Source: Lama glama
Taxonomy: Eukaryota
NCBI GenBank assembly: GCA_028534125.1
Contig: CM052817.1
Location: forward strand, 59,336,001 to 59,400,000
Length of the DNA: 64,000 bases
Direction of reading: 5' to 3'
Part shown: positions 28,469-41,989 of the stretch, piece by piece
How the letters are laid out: each line of letters starts with the position of its first letter
Position numbering within the stretch: the stretch's first letter is position 1
The notes under the pieces: model-generated
What the model was told of the DNA's origin: nothing
Databases searched by the model: none
Seen by the model: only the letters and a program-made list of their open reading frames with translations
Position numbers and translations under genes: made by a program

Positions 28469-28960
28469 AGTTATCGCAAGAAATGGAAATCTTATTCTGT
28501 ATTTCTTTTGAAAATGCTACATATGTTCTAAAAATATCTTTTGATTTAAGGGAGTTTGAAGATTACTCATTTTCTTGATCATCAAATAACCTGAAACAGG
28601 AGCCAAAACTAACTTCCTTCAGTCTTAACCACCTACTCATTTCTCAGGGTCTTGCAAGCTGATTTCAGCTCCACCCACTCCATTCCAAAGAAGACAAGAG
28701 TAACACTTTAAGGGGCGTTTTATTTTCATGTGCAGCAGGCAGGAATTATTTCTCATTAGACACTTCATAAACGTGTTTAACAGTGAACGCACTGCTTGAC
28801 GAGTAAGATTGTGTTAGTGTATGTGTCATCTGTTCCTAGGAATGGGGTTTTAATAAGTTACGCTCAACAAACCAAGAACAATTTGAAATACTTATATGCA
28901 GATATTCTGTGTGACTCCCAAGAGGTATCAAGTGTTAGCAAAAATTTTGCTGCTAATGTT
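28469..28960 (-). CDS. Candidate exon, 492 nt, symmetric phase 0
   Basis: tcacag|...|gtatgg; HNLTRQAVRSLLNTFMKCLMRNN...GYLMIKKMSNLQTPLNQKIFLEHM*HFQKKYRIRFPFLAIT. Confidence 0.6.
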
Positions 28961-29739
28961 CTGTGATAGTAATATTTTGTTTTATAATTGTGTAAAATAT
29001 AAATGTTTCTATTTTTCTTTAAAAAATTTGAATTTTGATGAATACATAGTGCATATATTCATTTCATATGTTCCAAAATGAATAAATCTTATTCATTTTA
29101 CATGTTCCCAATTCTTCAAATAATTAGGTTGACCAGATAATTAGAAATTAGTTTATTAATTTATTATCAAATATGCCTATTATGTATACATGTTTGTGTG
29201 TATATATGTATGTATATATATAATTTAAAACATGTGCATTTTTCTTACTAAATATATCATAAAAAAATCAATCTATGAAGTTGTTATCTGATTAAATAGA
29301 CTTGATCTAAACACCACCTGTACTGGTTAAACTGAAGTCTAAGCCTCCATCATCTCTCTCCAAGACTATGCCCAGACCTCCTAAATGATCTCTTTAGTCC
29401 AGATTTACACTTTCCTCTGCTTATATTCATTTTTTGTACAGAAGAGTTTTTAAAGAATAACACATCTTTTCACTCCTCTGCTAGCACACCTTCAACAGTT
29501 TTCCATTAAGCTTAGCATAAAGATGCAGAGCTCTATATACCTCTACCTGGCTCTACATAACCAAACATTCCTCCTCTCCTCATTACATTCCAGCCACAGT
29601 GATAGTATTGTAATCCATCCAAAACTCTACCTTAGGGCTTTGCCACCTTCCCAAACATAGCACTCTGTTTTATTTGTAGCTTAGTACAAAACTGTTTTTT
29701 AAAATAATATATTCTGAACTTTCATAGTCATATGTTTTT

Positions 29740-31143
29740 TCTTTTATTTTTTTTATGGAAGTATAAGGCACTACAGAAAAGCCCACAGACCAGAGTGCAC
29801 AGCTCAGTCAACTTATAAAGTGAACAGACCCATCTAACTACCATTTAGATCAAGATAGTGGCCATTACCAACACTCCAGAAATCTCCACTGTTCTCTCTG
29901 CCAGTCACATCCTTCTAAAGATACACATTGTTCTGACTTTGATTTCCATAGATTAGATTTCCCGATTTTTAACTTCAAATAAATGAATTATGTATTATTT
30001 TGTGACAGATTTATTTTGTACAGTGTGTTATGTATTATTGTGTCTGATTCCTTTTTTATTGTGGTAAATACAAATATATTGAGTAATCTACCTCTTAAAT
30101 TTTTAAGTGTATAGTACAGTATTGTTAACAGTATGCACACTGCTGTAGAACCTTCCCATCTTGCATGACTGAAGCTCAATGAACAACTCCTCATTTCCTT
30201 CTCCCCCAGATCCTGGAAACCATCTTTCTACTTTCTGTTTCTAAGAATTAGACTACTTTAAATACTTTATATAAGTGGAATTGTTCAGTATTTGTCTTAC
30301 AGTGACTGCCTTATTCCACTTAACAAGATGTTCTCATCTATGTTATCAAATATGTCAGGATTTTTTTAATAAAGATTGAATAATATTCTATTGTATGTAT
30401 ATACTACAATTTCTTTAGCCATTCATCTACCAACAAATATTTAGGTTGTTTCTACCTTAGTTATTGAATAATGCTGCAGTGAACAAGAGAGTGGAACTAT
30501 TTCTCCCAGATCCCGATTTTAATTCTTTCGGATAAATATTCAGAAGTGTATTGGCATATCATATGGTAATTCTACTTTTAATTTTTTTGATAAACTCCAA
30601 TAGTATTCTCCACAGAAAATGCACCTTTTTGCATTTCCATCAATGGTGTACACTGTTTCCCATTTCTTCATATCCTCACCAGCACTTGTTATTTCCTGGT
30701 TTTAGTTTTTTTGTTTTGTTTTTTGTTTTTTAACTTTGATAATGGCCATGCTAACAGGTGTGAGGTGGTATCTCATCAGGATTTTGATTTGCATTTCTCT
30801 GATGATTACTGACATTGAGCATCTTTTCATATACCTGCCACTTGTATATCTTTTTAGAGAAATTCCTATTCAATTCCTTAGCCCATTTTTAATCAGGTTT
30901 TTCTATATTGAGTTGTATACGTTTCTTGGATATACTGGATATTAATCCCTTATTAAATGTACAGCTTGCAAATACTTTCTCTCATTCTGTAGGTTGCCTT
31001 TCACTCTATTGATTGGGTTTTGTTTGTTTGTTGCCATGCAGAAGCTTTTTAGTTTGATGTAGTCAATGTAGGCAAGAATGTTTTGGATATGACACCAAAA
31101 ATACAAGCTATAAAAGCAAAAATAGACAGGTGGGACTAAATCA
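29740..31143 (-). mobile_element. L1 3' portion (30050-31066) with a short inverted piece (31067-31143), next to an older L1 3' end
   Basis: Antisense ORF2 end/3' UTR; orientation flips at the gactacatcaa/gactaaatcaa breakpoint. Confidence 0.8.
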
Positions 31144-31371
31144 ATGCCAAATATATTTGAATTTTAAGTCACTGCATCTGCAAATTGTTAGCATTCTCCA
31201 TTCTCCACTAACAGAAGGCAGAACTTAAATTCCAAAAGAGGTATGTATGTATGTGTATATTTGCGTATGGGAGTCTGTGTGCCCATTTGTGTTACATGGT
31301 TGCTTGTAGCTGGATAGAAGGAAAGGAAGACTAAGGAAAGAGAATCACTTCATGAGGAAAAACAATGATAC

Positions 31372-31606
31372 CTTTCTGATGAAAAATTATATACAAACAG
31401 TTGGGATTATAAACAGAGGGAGCTTTTAGAAGGAAAGAATTTTTTAGCCTTCATGTTATTGCCAGAGCTAAGGATGGTGCTGGAAATGTTAAACTGTTTG
31501 ACTTGATCAGCAGAGATGCTCCTCCTCCTATTCCAGATATTTGCGTTCTGCAGAGAGAACGGTGGATACTTCAAGTAAATAAGAGTAAATAAGCCCAGAA
31601 AATAGC
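31372..31606 (-). CDS. Candidate exon, 235 nt, phase 2->0, 8 stops
   Basis: cctttctttaag|...AAG|gtatca; LFSGLIYSYLLEVSTVLSAERKYLE*EEEHLC*SSQTV*HFQHHP*LWQ*HEG*KILSF*KLPLFIIPTVCI*FFIRK. Confidence 0.6.
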
Positions 31607-32145
31607 CTTAAAGAAAGGACAGGTTGGGGAAAAAAAAAAGCTAAGCAGAGAAAACATGAAGGATTAATGCATCAGAGCAAAATGTAGCAACCTCTAATGG
31701 AAATATTAATATGGAAATATTCTTCAACTGATAGCATAAGTCATGGAGGAAAATCAATATAATGTCAAAAGAATGTGGTGCATTGTGGAGCTTTAGTACA
31801 AGGATTTGTTGGGAACCCAGTATTTATTAGCTTGGAGATCTTGAGCAAATTAAATGATCTGAGCTTCATTTTCATTATTTGTAATATGGAAATGTCTCAT
31901 TTAGGATTGTTATAGTGATCACGACATTACGTATTTAAAAATGTTAAGTAACACAAGGCACACAATGATAATGGTAGTATTCTAAATAAGAAAATATGAT
32001 TCAAATCACTGTAATCAGAAAGCATTGCCAGTTCCTTCATGCTATCAATATTTCTATGTATTGCACATATTGAATTAAATCACATCAATGCATACATTTG
32101 GAATAAAGGGAATATTTAGTTGCAAATAGCCTTTACAATTCTTAC

Positions 32146-32304
32146 GTTAGTCTTTACCAACATGACGTAGAATGTTAAATATAAGCTCCTAGTCTGATGA
32201 CATTAGAACAATCTGATTTTTCCTCCTTTGTGAAATGAGAGGCTTTGAGGTAAGTAATTCAGCTAACATGGTAAGACTTCGTAAGATTTAACAAATTCAA
32301 AGCA
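32146..32304 (-). CDS. Candidate exon, 159 nt, symmetric phase 2, 3 stops
   Basis: gtaaga donor; ALNLLNLTKSYHVS*ITYLKASHFTKEEKSDCSNVIRLGAYI*HSTSCW*RL. Confidence 0.5.
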
Positions 32305-32347
32305 CTTCAGAGTTTAATTCAAATTTTGGAATAAAGCAAAATTAACC

Positions 32348-33471
32348 ATGTGAAAATTTTTTTTAACATTTTTTATTGATTCATAATCATTTTACAATGT
32401 TGTGTCAAATTCCAGTGTTCAGCACAATTTTTCAGTCATTCATGGACATATACACACTCATTGTCACATTTTTTTCTCTGTGATTTATCATAACATTTTG
32501 TGTATATTTCCCTGTGCTATACAATGTAATCTTGTTTATCTATTCTACAATTTTGAAACCCCAGTCTATCCTTTCCCATCCTCTACCCCGCCCCCCACCC
32601 TGGTAACCACAAGTCTGTATTCTCTGTCCATGAGTCTATTTCTGTCCTGTATTTATGCTTTGTTTTTGTTTGTTTAGATTCCACATATGAGCGATCTCAT
32701 ATGGTATTTTTCTTTCTCTTTCTGGCTTACTTCACTTAGAATGACATTCCCTAGGAGCATCCATGTTGCTGCAAATGGCATTATGTTGTCAGTTTTTATG
32801 GCTGAGTAGTATTCCATNNNNNNNNNNNNNNNNNNNNNNNNNNNNNNNNNNNNNNNNNNNNNNNNNNNNNNNNNNNNNNNNNNNNNNNNNNNNNNNNNNN
32901 NNNNNNNNNNNNNNNNNNNNNNNNNNNNNNNNNNNNNNNNNNNNNNNNNNNNNNNNNNNNNNNNNNNNNNNNNNNNNNNNNNNNNNNNNNNNNNNNNNNN
33001 NNNNNNNNNNNNNNNNNNNNNNNNNNNNNNNNNNNNNNNNNNNNNNNNNNNNNNNNNNNNNNNNNNNNNNNNNNNNNNNNNNNNNNNNNNNNNNNNNNNN
33101 NNNNNNNNNNNNNNNNNNNNNNNNNNNNNNNNNNNNNNNNNNNNNNNNNNNNNNNNNNNNNNNNNNNNNNNNNNNNNNNNNNNNNNNNNNNNNNNNNNNN
33201 NNNNNNNNNNNNNNNNNNNNNNNNNNNNNNNNNNNNNNNNNNNNNNNNNNNNNNNNNNNNNNNNNNNNNNNNNNNNNNNNNNNNNNNNNNNNNNNNNNNN
33301 NNNNNNNNNNNNNNNNNCTCCAGCCTCTTTCTTTCTCTTCAGTAATGCTTTAGCAATTCTAGGTCTTTGATGGTTCCATATAAATTTTATTATGATTTGT
33401 TCTAGTTCTGTGAAATATGTCCTGGGTAATTGGATAGGGATTGCATTAAATCTGTAGATGTGAAAATTTTT
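32348..33471 (-). mobile_element. Young 5'-truncated L1 with target-site duplication, spanning the gap
   Basis: atgtgaaaattttt at 32348-32361 and 33458-33471; L1 3' UTR left of the gap, ORF2 right of it. Confidence 0.9.
32818..33317. other. Assembly gap (500 N)
   Basis: Run of N. Confidence 1.
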
Positions 33472-33584
33472 ATTGTATCACTTAATATTATCCATTTTGT
33501 CATGTCAAAGTTAGATTAGTAACTTGTTATCAAACTTCACCAAAAAAGTAAACCTCTATGACTAATTTGTTCTTAACATTTCAC

Positions 33585-34128
33585 CTATTCTACAGATCTT
33601 CTCTGCCATTTAAAGGTGCTTCCTTACTAGAAGAATTGGTGCTGCTATGGCACTATCAGAGTTTAAAAATAGTATAAGCAATTCCTTCATTAGCATTCTC
33701 ATCACTTTAAAACAAGTTCATTATCTGGAAATATCATATTCATTTTGAAGCCCTTGATTTTCTCTATTCATTCAACAAGCTCAGTTGATATACTATACTT
33801 CTTTGCTCCAAATCAATTCTTCTGCTTGTAATTTGCCATTCCACTCGTTCAATTCAAGCTGTGATTTTTTAAAAAATAGACTTTACTTTTTAAGTTTATA
33901 TTATTTCCTGTTTGTGCCGTTAGCATTGATTCTAAATCTCAAAGTCCGCTTTTTGCCAATCTTTCTTAGTTGATGTCTTCATGGTAATTGCCTGGATTTT
34001 CATACTCTGACTGGCATAGAAAAATTTCTTTACTACTTCTAGTAAAATAACTAAATGAAGAAGTTTTGTATCTTCAAAAATTAAAGGAAATAACTCTGAA
34101 TAAAAGTTAAATACTAGTAAAGTGCACA
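33585..34128 (-). CDS. Candidate exon, 544 nt, phase 1->2
   Basis: ttcttttcag|...AG|gtgaaa; ORF 33932..34129 continued through stops: KITA*IERVEWQITSRRIDLEQRSIVYQLSLLNE*RK. Confidence 0.65.
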
Positions 34129-34329
34129 CTGAAAAGAATAACAGGTATATAGCATTAAGAATAATTTCATGATGGCAATGAAATTAGAATAATCAGAATA
34201 TTAGGCTGTTAATATTATGCTGTTTAAATAAAACTTTTATATGTAACTGTTATTCTTGTTTTAATTTTTTAACATATTTTCTAGTGTGAGAGTAATAGAA
34301 AAACGTTTGGGGTTTTAGTATCAGCTTTA

Positions 34330-34750
34330 TTTTTGTTTCCTAGGACTGCCATAGCAAATAATCACTAACTGGCTGGCATGTGAGATCAAAGTGTTGCAGG
34401 ACTGCTTCCTGCTGGAGGTCCTGAGGGAGAATCTCTTCCACACCTGTCTTCCAGTTTCTGCAGGTTTCTGGGACTCCTAGGTGTTCCCTGGCTTGGAGTC
34501 CATCAGTCTATTCTCCGCTGTCATCATCACAAGTGTTCTCCCTGGGTGTGTTCTGTGTCTTCACATGGTCTGTTTAATAAGGACACTGGTCCTCATTAAA
34601 ATTCAATTGATTTAGGGCCCACCCTGATGCAGTGTGACCTCATTTTAACTAATTACATCTTCACCGACTCTATTTCCAAATAAGATCATATTCTGAAGTT
34701 GCCACAAACATGAATTTTTTTGAGGGGGTGCATTATTCAACCCAGTACAC
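34330..34750. mobile_element. MLT1-type MaLR LTR
   Basis: tttcctaggactgccatagcaaa...gacctcattttaactaattacatct...attcaacccagtaca. Confidence 0.8.
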
Positions 34751-37706
34751 AGCTGGTATATTAAAGAAGTTATAAGAATTAAGTATGAAGGAGTTGAGTC
34801 TTAAAATTAGTTTCCTATGACATCAATAATATAATGCAATAATAAAGCATTTCTTCCTGAAAACATTAAATGTATTTATAAGCCAGTTTGCATCATTTCA
34901 CTGATGAGGGATACAGTCTCTGATTTACAGGCTCACAGGTTTTGAAAATAACATTCTAAATATGTATATTCTCTGTCTTTCTAAAAATTCTATTATATTT
35001 CTAGGGTATAAAAATACATATGAATTTCCAGAATTTGACATTTCCTGCAGCAGTCATTGAGAGATAGTGTATTATATACTGTGACAAGACTTTTTATACT
35101 TGGTATATTATTGAAGAAATTCCTACTTCACTCACAGTCTCATATAAACAAGCAGCACTATCTAGTTGTTAATAATTTACCCTCAGTGATATTGAGAATG
35201 GGATCTGTTATTAAAATCTGAGCTCCAGGATTTAATAAAACAGAGCAGGAATGGCTTGTTTACTCCTGGATCCCTGGTATTTAGAGTACCTCTAGCCCAT
35301 CATGAGCTCAGTAAATATTATAATAAAGAATGAATATCTTAGTAAGACAGGCCCTTAATTGATGGAGATTAAGTCTATATTTAGCATTTTATTCATCACT
35401 TATTAAGGAAATTCTTAAACATCCTAATTTTCAAATGTAGTTGTCTACTACCTCATTTTTCTTTTGATGCCAAAATCTTTTTTTAAGGATAAAAGTATAA
35501 TTTTAATGGCTCCATCTAAATTAATTGGTGCTATTTTCTTTTTCACCAAGTGAAATATTTTGCCTGGTTTGAGTAACTATTGTTTTCTTTTTGAAACAGG
35601 TGCCATCCATTTTCACATTGTGATCAACTCATTAAAACACTTTCTAGCTTTCATTAAACTCCATAGCACTTATTAGAGGGAAAAATCTAGAAATGTTTCT
35701 AAGAATTTTTAAGTAGTCAAATGCCTTTATCTTTTATTATCAAGCACATAAATATTCAACAAGCAATCCCAAAAGAGGAGAATTAACAGATATCTAATAC
35801 TAGATTGTTCCTGAATTCTTGTGAGGGAGACTCTTGGAATTTTAACAACTTACTCTAATTTCATTGTGATACTCCTTATATGATAAAATTTATCTTTATA
35901 AAAATACTTAGGTGGGAAAAGTATAAAATTTTATTTTATTACTGATAAGCATTATTGAAAGTATTCATTGTAATTGGCCAGGGATTGATATCTCCAAAGA
36001 CTTTTTGTCAATCTACAATAAACATAATTACATTAATTGAACATTGTTATGTGTTTGGTAGAGCATTTGGCCATGAGATGATTCTTAATGATTTATTTAT
36101 AACTGAATTTTTTCCTAAATTAAATTCTCATTACGGAAGTGATATTTTCCTTAAGTTAGATATGGTGTTAATTAACTGAGCACTGAAAGAAGAAAACAAA
36201 TGTTGATTTTTTTCTTGGGATATTTATTTTAATGGAAATAACATTTTCTAAATGGTAGAAAAATGAATCTGATGCATATATCTTTTATAAATCTATATAT
36301 TTGAATGTAAACAATAAGATAATCTCAATTATTAAAGTACTAAATACATAGGTTTCTGGAAATATTAACTATTTAATATACTAAACATATAGATTTAAAA
36401 ATCACAAAGTGAATGACAGAATTAAATGATCTTAATTTAAGTGTCATTTATTTAACCATTGGTTTAAACTATAATTAATAGCATTCTTATGTGTAATTTA
36501 CCAGTGTTTTGAGAAAACATGATCAACAACTAGATATTACTTCATCAAAACGTTTAAGCTTTTGTTTTGTAGTAAAAGAAAATAAATTATTAATAGATTC
36601 TGAGGTGAACTGTGTATCAGGAAAGCCATTTCTAATGGCTTAAACAACAGTAATGATTTTTATCTCAAGTAGCTGGAAATCTAGGCAATAAATCGGTGAT
36701 GTCATCAAAGACCTCTGTTTCTTTCACCTCTCTGCTGTTCTATTTTCCCTGTTATCCTAAGACTAAACCTTATGATAGCAAGATGACTGCATGTGAAAGT
36801 GTTTTTGTTTTGTTTTGTTTTTCTGTGTACATGTGATGGGAATGAAGGAGAGAAAAAAGAGAAATTAACAAAATGAACTGTAAATGCTTCCCTTCAAACA
36901 TGTTGGCCAAATTCAGTCACATGACCATTTCTGGAGTAATACTAGCTGCCAGGAGAAGAATGTGAACTGACTGGCTTGAATTTATCAAGATACTTTCCTA
37001 CTTGGCCTTGCAGAGGTAGAGATAGAATGGAAACTTCTGAAAAATCAGTTTGTCTAGAAGGAATAAGTTAATATGGAGTAAGTTATACATATTACATATA
37101 AGTACAGAATAAGTTATATGTATATGTATACACATATAGAGAGAGAGATAAGGCAGCCAACATCTGAATTATGTACTATTGATACTTTTCAGTTTCACTT
37201 ATTTCTACCCTATTTATTTATATCAGCAGTAGTTAGCAACAAACTTGCATATTAGACTGTGTTTTATACAAATGTGCCATAAAATGATCAAAAATACTTC
37301 GCAGTTTTCTTTTTTTTTTAATTTTTTAACCAAACTCTGTATTTTCCAATGTTTCCAAGACTGTGCCTTTAGGTTTTTTAGTTAACTTATCCATGTTCAC
37401 TCTTGGAGTTTTCTATAATCATCATATTTTAAGATCATTACCATTTGTCACTGATTTTTTTCCATTTCAAAGGTGTGGGATTCTGGTTTTCACCCTTTGA
37501 TAGCTACTTCATTCATTCTCTCATTCCTAGTTGCACTATGCCTTTAAGTCCTGATAACATTAAACTGAATGTTAAAGATGGAGATTATAAAAGGATCATA
37601 ATTTTAATTGTGTGCCCCAGACAAAATTGGAAAAACCATTTTAAAATAAGGATTACATCTATACATTAATTCTATTCTGTCAGAATCTAAAATATTAAGG
37701 TTTACC

Positions 37707-38066
37707 TCTTTTTTTATTTATTTTTATTGAAGTATAGTCAGTTTAAAATGTGTCAATTTCTGGTGCACAGCACAATACCTGAGTCATATAGAAACATATA
37801 TATATATATATATATGTTTTAATATTCTTTTTAACCATAAGTTACCACAAGATGTTGAATATAATTCCCTGTGCTATACAGTATAAACTTGTTGTTTATC
37901 TATTTTATGTATATTAGTTAGTATCTGAAAATCTCAAACTCCCAATTTGTCCCTTCCCATCTCCTCCCCACCAGTAACCATAAGCTTGTTTTCTATGTGA
38001 GTCTCTTTCTGTTTTGTAAATAAGTCCATTTGTCATGAACTTATATGGTATTTTTCCTTCTCTTTC
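37707..38066 (-). mobile_element. L1 3' UTR fragment
   Basis: tttttattgaagtatagtcagttt tail end in antisense. Confidence 0.85.
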
Positions 38067-38903
38067 TGCAAACTACAATGAGGTATCACCTCACACCAGT
38101 CAGAATGGCCATCATTCAAAAGTCCATGAATGATAAATGCTGGAGAGGCTGTGGAGAAAGGGGAGCTTTCCTACACCATTGGTGGGAATGTGGTTTGGTA
38201 CAGCCATTATGGAAAATGGTTTGGAGAGTCCTCACAAAACTAAAAATAGACTTACCATATAATCCAACAATCCCGCTCCTAGGCATATATCCAGAGGGAA
38301 CCTGAATTCAAAAAGACACATGCACCCCAATTTTCATAGCAGCCCTATTTACAATAGCCAAGACACGGAAACAACCTAAATGTCCATTGACAGATGACTG
38401 GATAAAGAAGCTGTGGTATATTTATATGATAGAATACTACTTAGACATAAAAAGAATAAAGTAATGCCATTTGCAGCACCATGGATGGACCTGGAGAATA
38501 TCATTCTAAGTGAAGTAAGCCAGAAACAGAAAGAAAATATCATACGATATCACTTATAAGTGAAATCTAAAAAACAAACAAACAAACAAACTTATTTACG
38601 AAACAGACTCACAGACACAGAAAACAAGCTTATGGTTACCATGGGGAGAAGAGGATGGGAAGGGATAAATTGAGAGTTCAAGATCTGCAGATACTAACTA
38701 AAATACATAAAATAGATAAACAACAAGTTTATACCCTATGGCACAGGGAACTATATTCTATATCTTGTAGTAACATACGGTTAAAAAGAATATTAAAACA
38801 AATATACGTATGTTCCTATATGATTGAAGTATTGTGCTGCACACCAGAAATTGACACATTTTAAACTGACTATACTTCAATAAAAATACGTTTTAAAAAA
38901 AGA
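38067..38903 (+). mobile_element. L1 ORF2 C-terminus and 3' UTR
   Basis: [31 protein letters not shown]; tail cttcaataaaaa. Confidence 0.92.
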
Positions 38904-38904
38904 A

Positions 38905-39640
38905 AGACCTGTGGATTGCAAACAAGTATATAAAATATGTTCAGTACCACTAGTCATTAGGAAAATGCCATTTAAAACCACAATGAAAGACTATTATCAC
39001 CTAGTGGAATTACTCCATAGGAAGACTAGCCCACTGCTAGATGAATGTAAAATGATGCAGGATTTTGCAAATAGCTTGGGAGTTTCTTAAAACTTTAAAT
39101 AGTGTCAGTCATTCTACTCCAAGGTACTGACAAAAATAAGTGAAACCATGTGTCCACAGAAAGACTTCTACATGCATATTTATAACAGCTTTATTTTTAA
39201 TAGCTCCAAACTACTAACAACAGCCAAAGTTTCCATGAACATTTTGATATATCCATACAATGGAATAGTACTCAGCAATTAAAAGTAATGGACTATTGAT
39301 ACATTCAACAGGATAAATGAATCTCAAAATACTTATGCTGAGTGAAAATAGCCAGACAAGAAAGAATATGTACTTTATAATTCCTTTATATAGAATTTTG
39401 TATATTCAAACTAAACAGGAATGAAAGAAAGAAGGACAATGCTTAACTGGCGATGGGTATGAGGTAGGGAAAGATGAAAAGAAGAAATTACAAAAGAGCC
39501 CTTGTCAATGTGATAGTCATGTTTATTATCTTAATTGTAGTGATGATTCAAGTATACACATTTATCACAACCAATAAAATTGTATAACTTAAATATTTAT
39601 AGTAATCGTTATAGCAGTTATACCTCAAATTTGCTCTAAC
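38905..39640 (+). mobile_element. Ancient L1 3' end
   Basis: atccatacaatggaatagtactcagc motif. Confidence 0.7.
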
Positions 39641-40505
39641 TTTACAAAATATAATCCCTGAATGAAATGTTTCTTATATTACTTGTATAAGCATAAGTTT
39701 TTAAGTATAGGTTTTATATTTAATTATTATATGATAAAGGAATTAATCTGTACAAATAAAGCATAAATTATTAATTATCTCTGTTGAGTAGCAAAATTTA
39801 ACAGTAGGAAGAAATTAAGTAGTACTGATTGACAGAATTTAAAGTATTTAAGAAACATGCTATTTTCATAGAAATGTGTATTAATATATACTACCATATA
39901 CTGGTACAGGAGTGAGGCATTATTGTATTTTAAGCACGTGCATTGTTTGAGGTCATGAACTGAGGTCATCAGTGTACTTTATTAGAAACCAATATGCCAC
40001 GCACCTGTATGATGTTATAAGTATATATTAAATAAGCCTAGGAAAGTCCCTGGCACATTGTAGATATTGTAGATACTCAGTAAATATTTGTTGAATAAGT
40101 ACTGCTTGAAGTCTTTAAAAATCACTTTAAAACATAATTACTTCTTAAGATATGACACTTTAACCCCAGTTAGAATTAACATTTTTACCTAGGCTAACTA
40201 CTTAAAATCTGCATCTTAGTTTGCCTATAATAGATTATTTCTTTCTTGCCTAAAAATATATGATTTCTAGTTCTCCGATCCAGAGCTTGTCTTTTTAATT
40301 TTCCCTTGAGTCTTGATAGTGTTTAGTGATGGTATCTTGTCTACCTCCCTGGGCACCCTATTAGATTGCCTCATTGACCTCATGACTAAGAATTTCTTCA
40401 TCTTATCTAGCTTAAGCATTCTCTATTCTTGTTTTGGGCCATTACTTCTTGTCTTACCATCTTTAACTATCTTAAGTAATTCATCCCCTCAGGAATTTTA
40501 GCTAC

Positions 40506-41086
40506 CCATAAATATAAAATGAAAAAGGCATATCTCATTGCCTGACAGTTTATGAAAATTGAGACAACTCTATTCCAAAGATAGCTGTACTCGCAGGCAT
40601 GCAGAGAGCACTGGTGAAGGAAACAAATCCTTGGTTGGCTGACCTGAGGCAAGGTCACTACATTTTGTGTGCATAGATTCCTTAAACTATTGTTCATTTA
40701 CCAAACAGTGTTTTAATTTGTGATACTGGCTTTTTATTTTAACAGTTTACCCTTTAAACCGTGTCCATTTATTGCTGCTTCTATATAAGTGATAATAAGA
40801 AGAGGAGGAGAGAATGAAGGATGTAAACAATTTTTCTTATAAATTACCATAACATTATCATTTTGTGGCCACTTCTCTCTTGACTCCATTTTCTATTTTT
40901 CAAAGGCTTCATTTTGTTGTTTTGTTGTTTTGATTTTGTAGACCTTAGTAAATTCCAGAGTTCATACTATTTGAAATAAATGATCCCTTGGAAAAATATT
41001 CAGAGGTCTTGTGATTCTCTCAAGAGTTTTATTTGCCTCAAAACACTTTTGAGGTGTTTCCAAACATAAAAGCTTAAAAACATTTT
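40506..41086 (-). CDS. Probable exon(s), boundaries and frame unresolved
   Basis: Repeat-free, catag acceptor at 41087, coding-like translations incl. ORF 40467..40697; not reliably threaded. Confidence 0.35.
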
Positions 41087-41249
41087 CTATGCATTGGAAG
41101 ATAGATAGATAGATAGATAGATCGATCGATCGATCTATGTGCTTCTAGATACATAATATCTGTCCTTGGAAAAGTAGACTTCAAACTATTTTAACCTTCT
41201 TGTTCATCAAATTTCACTTCAAGGTCCCCTCCATGTAGTACAAATCAAT

Positions 41250-41800
41250 CCATAACCACTGGAACGTGGGCAGAGGTGACAGGCACCATGTCACTACCTG
41301 GCCCACTAAAACCTTCCCAGGTTGTTGGTGTTTCCTACATTGCCCTTCTTTCCTGGTGAACTTGAAAATATCCTTTTGAAGAAGATGGAGTCATGGCAGA
41401 GAAGGAACCTGCGTCACTGAATTACTGCTTGCTGGAAAACTGTCTGCCCATTAGATTATACAAGTGGGTCTGATGTAATCACAAGGGTCCTTATAAGAGG
41501 GAGACGAGTGTCATAATCAGAAAAAGGTGTGACAATGGAAACAAAGGTTGGAGTGACGCTGGACCACAAATCAAGAAATGTGGGCAGATTCTAGAAGCTG
41601 GAAATGGTATGTAAATGTCACCTACCAACACCTGTTGTGTGAAGCCATTGAGACTTTGGAGTTTTGTTACAGCAGCTAACATGACTTTAGCTAATTTATG
41701 TTACAAACTCCAGTGCCCTTGTGGTAGGCAGCATGATGCCCCCACCCACCCACAACTGTTCATGTTCTCATCCCCGAAACCTCTGAATATGTAATCTTAC
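41250..41800. mobile_element. MLT1 LTR fragments
   Basis: aatcacaagggtccttataagaggga, ctagaagctggaaa, ttgttacagcag. Confidence 0.65.
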
Positions 41801-41989
41801 AGAGCCAAAGAGATTCTGATCAGCAGATGCTGATAAATTAAACTTTTTAAAATCCACTTTCAAATTATCCAGGCCAGGACCTAAAACTCTATAAATACAT
41901 TCCTTTAATTTCTCCTTTTTGATATTATATTAAGATCATCAAATCAATATCTGCCTTTAATGCAGTTAAGTCTAGTAAACTTAGATTAC

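Noticed and set aside
32763..33353. 196-aa ORF
   Set aside because: Artifact of the N gap inside an L1
41100..41137. Palindromic (GATA)n(GATC)n tract
   Set aside because: Microsatellite variant; no evidence of function
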